A stretch of 64,000 nt of DNA from Podospora anserina (taxonomy: Eukaryota), in contig CM030336.1 of assembly GCA_017654855.1 (NCBI GenBank), positions 3,844,001-3,908,000 of the forward strand, written 5' to 3'. The position numbers and the translations under genes are program-made. Below, piece after piece: positions 57,143 through 64,000 of this stretch (position 1 is its first letter; every line of letters begins with the position of its first letter). The notes below the pieces were generated by a model. The model made no database searches. It had not been told where the DNA came from and worked only from the letters and a program-made list of their open reading frames with translations.

Positions 57143-58728
57143 GGGTGAGGGTGAGGGTGAGGGGAGTTTGTATGATAGTGTTTGGGAGGGGAAGGGTAAG
57201 GGGATGTATAACTGATGAGATGGAAAAGGGATTGGTTTTTTTTGGGCGGTTGACTGACTGGTCATAAACTTCATTTTCATCTTTCTTTGTTTTTTTTGGG
57301 TTTTTTTTTTTCAACGTATCTTACTTCTCTTTCTTTTTTTGGTAATTTTCTTTTTTTTTCTGACCGGGACCGACATTTGTTGTTATTCTTATAGTAGTGT
57401 TTTCTCTTTTTTTTTTTGGAAGAGAGGGGTAGGAAGGGGTTGATGTATTAAGGCGGGGATAGAGGTGAAATTTGGGGGGAAGATAGGGGGAGTAAAGTCA
57501 TAGCATGTTGCGTGGCATAGTATAGCACAAGGCTTTTATTTAGCGAAGCGAAAGAGAGACGTACATATACACGCTTTATACACTGCTGCTAATGTTTTGG
57601 GCCGTTGTTGGGTTCTGTTGATGCTGTGTTGTACGTTGGAGGGGGATGGGGTGTGATGGAACTGGGTGTCTGTAAGTCATTGCAGATAGATAGATGTACG
57701 GGCTGTTTATTGTAGGTATTGGTTCATGATATCGGTTGGCCACTTGGGTATATAGGTGGTTTGGGTATGGGACCTATTTCACACATCAAGAAACACTAGT
57801 GTAGAAAAAATATCTACGGGGTTTTCAATCGACTGCTGTCTGCCTGAGATAGTGACAAGTGAAAGAAAGAGTGATGAATATCTTGCGTTGGAAGATGAAG
57901 GGAGGAGGGTTCTGTCCTGTTAAAAATGTTCCTTTTTTGACATCCTTGACATTGTCCATGGGACTGTCCTCATGGTTTCACTTTTCCCTTCCTGGCTTGC
58001 GACTTAGCAAGTCAACAAGTAGGATGGCTCTTTAACCTGCAAACAACTTCTCCCAGCTTCCCCCTGCAAATTGATCATGTCGACACAGCCTTACATTTCA
58101 CCCAAGGAACCGTCACATAACACATGTATACTTGGACGTGTTTCAATTTCGTCTCTCAACTGCTATCCAACGACCACATCCGCATGTAACCCTCCTCACA
58201 CCTCCGGGTAACCAACCGCGTTGAAGCGGTTGAAAAGCAACCAGCCAGAACAGCCTCTCCTCGATCCAGCACGACATACATACACATACCGTACCAACTC
58301 ACCATGTTCAGACACATAAAATCATCACCCCATACTCCTTCCCTACCCCCCTTGTTACCCAATACCTGGCAAGTTGATGACCAGTAACAAAAAGAGATCA
58401 CCTCTCCCATACAACATTGCAAAAACGCCGCCAAGATATGCTCTTTGCAAGTGACCATGAAAAGAAAGTGACTTCTTTCTCTGTTAATTCTTTTTTTCCT
58501 TTCCCATTTGATCTCTTTTTCCATGCAAGCCAGATTTCCCGATTCGTTGAGGTATATCTCCGTGATCCCAAGCACCATTACTTTTTAGATGCTATGACAC
58601 AAAACAAAAACCATGACCCATAAAATAGAAAAAAACCCCGCCCTCTACCTTTTGTTGAACAGGTGGCAAATTATACGCCGGATATCATTCCCCTTCCACA
58701 TAATTTTTGAAACAAAACACTGACCCGT

Positions 58729-60371
58729 TTAAAGGCCAGCGTCGACTCTCCAGCCCTCAACGGGGAGGGGGAAGGTGGAGGACCACTCAGCGATCTCCTT
58801 CTTGAGCTCGTTGATGCGGGGAACCTCGCCAGAGGCAACCCTGGCCTTGAAGTCCTTGAGCTTGTTGGCCTCCTTGGGGAGAGCAGCCTGGACCTCCTTG
58901 CAGAGCTTGATGCTCTCGTCGATATACTTGGCGACGCGCTCGAAGTCGGCCTCGCCGAAGCCACGAGAGGTCATAGCGGGAGTACCAATACGGAGACCAC
59001 CAGGGGTAAGAGCGCTCTTGTCGCCGGGGACGGCGTTCTTGTTGCAAGTGATGTTGATCTGCTCGAGGAGAGCCTCGACACGGGCACCGTCAAGAGCGAA
59101 GGGGCGGAGGTCGAGGAGGACCATGTGGGAGTCGGTACCGTCAGAGACGAGCTTGTGGCCCTGCTCCTTGAAGACTCTCTCGAGGGTCTTGGCGTTGGCA
59201 ACAACCTTCTCCTGGTAAGCCTTGAACTCGGGGGAGGCGGCCTGCTTGAGGGCAACGGCAAGAGCGGTGATGGTGTGGTTGTGGGGGCCGCCCTGGTGCC
59301 CGGGGAAGACGGAGAAGTTGATCTTGTCCTCGAGGTCGTAGAGGGTTTCCTTGCCGGTCTTGGCATCAACGGAGCGGACGCCCTTGCGGAAGAAGATCAT
59401 GGCACCACGGGGACCACGGAGGGACTTGTGAGTGGTGGTGGTGACGACATCGGCATACTCGAAAGGAGTGGGGATGACGCCGGAGGCAACGAGACCAGAG
59501 ATGTGGGCAATGTCGACAACGAGGTAGGCACCAACCGAGTCGGCAATCTTGCGCATGCGCTCGTAGTCGATGAGGCGGCAGTAGGCCGAAGTACCGGCGA
59601 CGAGGATCTTGGGGCGGAAGAGCTGAGCGTTCTTCTCGAGCTGGTCGTAGTCAATGATGCCAGTGTCAAGGTTGACACGGTAGGGCATGGTCTCGAAGTA
59701 GGTGGAGACAGCAGAGATCCTAGGGAGGCCCATGTTAGCTCTCTGTGGGGTAACGTAGATCCGGGGAAAGCTGGGAAATGCTTACTTGCGCTGGGGGGTC
59801 TGGTAACCGTGGCTCAGATGGCCACCGTGGGGGAGGTCGAGACCCATGAGTCTGCCGTGAGGAGGCATGATGGCCTGGTAGACCTGGAGGTTGGCAGGGC
59901 TGCCGCTCAAGCACTGAACGTTGACACCCCACTTCGCGGGGTCGAGGTGGAAGGCCTCAAGGGCACGCTTCTGGCAGAGAAGCTCGATCTCGTCGATGTG
60001 CTGGTTGCCGCCATAGTAACGAGCGCCGGGGAGACCCTCAGAGTACTTGTTGGACATGGGGGAGCCGAGGGCATCGAAAACGGCGCGGGAGGTGACGTTC
60101 TCGGAGGCGATGAGGATGATGGACTCGCGCTGACGCTGGATCTCGTGCTTCTGTAGGAGGGGTCAATGCTGCTGTTCCGGCCATGTATCGAGGCTATTCA
60201 ATTCCAACGGAGGCGTACCATGATCTCAGCGACCTCGGGGTCAGAGTCCACGAGGGACTTCTCGAGGAGCTAGAAGCGGTGAGTCAGTAAGTGAGGTCTT
60301 CATCATGGGAATATAGTCTGTTTACGAACCTGCTTGTGCTCCTCGGAGAGGGCGTATGTGCTGGAGGCCAT
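58729..60371 (-). CDS. SHM2: Cytosolic serine hydroxymethyltransferase (Neurospora 'for' homologue); three introns
   Basis: [67 protein letters not shown]; no mitochondrial presequence. Confidence 0.96.
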
Positions 60372-62123
60372 TGTGTCTTGTGTGTAAGTCGGATGACTTG
60401 GGGGATGATGGTAGGAATTGAGTTTGGTGATGAGGAAAAAGGAAGAGAAAAAAAGTTTGAGAGTGAGACGAGGATTCACAGGGTCTTTGTCTTTCTTTGG
60501 CGGGGGGCCGTCTGGAGGGGGGATCGGAGGGAGGAAAGAAAAATTTGGGAACCCCCACTTCGTGACTGAGCATCAGTTGCGGAGCTTTGCAGCGGAAAGG
60601 AGGGGCAACAGGGGCGTTTGGAGGGGCTTCGGTTGGGACCTCACGGACCTGCAACACCCAGCCAGTGTCATGCCAAGCTCATCATGCATCTATCGAAGTC
60701 TACCATGACCGAATCGGTCATATTCGGCCACTTTTCCACAGCGATCTCGGTCCTCTGTTCCTGATGTTTGAAGGTGGAGGTTATCTTGGGAGTCTTGGCC
60801 ATCTCTCTATAAGACTTTTACGATGGAACTACTGTAGGTAGGTATGTATTCTGGTCACTACTACAGACGCCAATTCGATGTGGTATCGCACTATGCGGTC
60901 ACCCACTTCAGAGAGATCTACGCACCACACCGCATGCACCGACAGACCGACCGTCCCGACGTCGCTACACTGGAATGTCTGTCGTGAGTCTGGCCCGGGA
61001 TCGGGACCGGAAAATCGGATCAAGGTGGAGTTGCGTGCCGATATCTCGATCCGAACAGTTGGGAGTCATTGGCTGTCTCTGACTTACACCGGTGAACCTG
61101 GGAATGGATAACGCGTCATCTTGCCATAACCCACTTGTAATCTGATATAGGGGGGAGTGAAGTCTCTCTCTTAAGAGGGCGTCGCGGCCTATAGATAATT
61201 TTTATACTCCATCTTTTATTTTTATTGTTCATAAGGCTTCACACTCGCAAACTCTACACCGGAAAGCCTGCTTTTCAGACTCTTCGAGCTGACCTCTCAG
61301 TGGATTGAGCGCCAATCAGACCAGGGTGCCATCAAGGTTCTTGCCGCGGCTCACCGTGGCGAATGCCATCCATCAATTCAACAATCCATTCAACGACACA
61401 CCGGCTGATAGTTTCGAAGAATGATGTGCGCTCGGGAGCCTGTTCGACAGGTCACGGGATTGACTATTAGATGAGGCGGACAGGTCGGACAGGCGGACTA
61501 GGTGGACAGTTCTGCACAGATGGGCTGGCTATTGCTGGCTGAATGGTAATGGAATCCCCGGAAGCGAGAGTCACAGTTGGATGAAACGGTCAGCCAAGAT
61601 TCCCAGACGACCTGCGTGATCAATCCGCCCAATCGTTGCCATGGTTGCCGTACAATACCACTGTAATTACGATACATCTTGTGCCTGGCCGCTGCTTCCC
61701 CGCGCCAAGACGTCATGAGGCAGGGGAGACCACAACGCAAGCGGAGGTATCACGATACCCGATACGGTTACTCTGTATTTCTCACCGGCCCGTCCGTCGT
61801 CAGCAGCGCCACCCTGCCTCTCAGTCTGCCGCCTGCCACAACAAGCCAAGGCTGCGTGGCCAGCCAAGCAGCACCCCAGGCCCCAGGACCACCCCAGACC
61901 CAGCAACCTTCGTCACCGTTAACCTCTCCCCATCCATCTCCAACTGACTTGCTCCAACTCTCTTTCTCCTCCCTCCCCCCTTCCATTTAACATCAGTCTT
62001 TTGACTGCATCCATTTTCCATCAACACCATCGCCCACAACCTACCTCCACACCCGACCGACCCGACGCTCTCTTATCACCACCGTCTCTCTTTTCCCGCA
62101 ACCCGCTTATCGGACTGCCCAAC

Positions 62124-63450
<1,327 letters not shown>

Positions 63451-64000
63451 TACAAGCCACGGAAGTCGCTTTCCATCGACGACCCGGCCAGGAGAAAGAA
63501 GAATAAGGGCGGGAGACCGTGATGACAGGATGCCAGGATGGTATGGGATGGGATGGGATGGGATGAACAGCGCAGGGATCGGAGTTGGTTTCATTTTTAT
63601 TTTTTTTGCGGTTGTGGCTTTGGTTTGATCAGTTTGTATTTTTGCTGTTTTTGTCGTTTCCGGAGTTGGCACAACACACATCATCATCAATCAGTAATGC
63701 GGCGGATGGAAACTGTACCTTACACGTCCAAAGCAACAAGTTGCGCACAGAGTAGTGTTTTCCTTTTGTAAAGTAATCATGGGATAGCAATCCAGTAGAA
63801 CATATTACTGCATTACTTTTACTTTACTTTACTCGGGAGTGTACTATGCTCCGTACTTCCGTAGTTATGCTGTGCTCCGTGTCATCCATCTGTCTGATGC
63901 TGCGACAGATGCAGCCAAATGCCAAATGCAGAGTGCAGTGCTGGGCAGCAGGGGCTTGGGGGGGGGGGGGGCTGGTCACGTGCCGACCTGAGGGAAAAGT

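Noticed and set aside
57137..57164. (TGAGGG)n telomere-like run after the SPT7 stop
   Set aside because: Only four units, not TTAGGG, and within a G-rich 3' end, so simple slippage is the likely cause.

Overview
Gene-dense, intron-containing fungal genomic DNA. It is most consistent with Sordariales, probably Podospora; this is inferred from gene similarity, short GT-AG introns with CTRAC branch sites and RIP-type repeat decay. About 21 protein genes are present: Sec24/Sfb3 (3' part), Utp22, Ski3, Vps51, Rmi1, Nif3, BolA, a CorA-like membrane protein, Asf1, Rna14, an SMS-2-type Argonaute, Sro7/Lgl, an MFS (ACS-family) transporter, an AA9 LPMO with CBM1, RidA, a LETM1-like protein, a ferric reductase, a VanZ-like protein, Spt7, cytosolic SHMT and Pep4, plus a probable pseudogene. 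The one accessory segment is a 4.15-kb AT-rich, ORF-free island (25538-29691) between RNA14 and the Argonaute. It resolves into a RIP-mutated TIR DNA transposon with TA target duplication, carrying at least five solo LTRs bounded by target-site duplications (two of them nested) and two older LTR fragments. Four of the LTRs share one conserved half and have unrelated other halves that switch at a TATATATA box. I could not establish a clearly new biological system. The best leads are this nested TE/RIP record beside a meiotic-silencing Argonaute, a long N-terminal extension on Rmi1 with PY-NLS/SIM-like motifs, a RidA ending in a PTS1 signal, and abrupt C-rich to G-rich switches inside genes. All identifications are by eye, without database searches.
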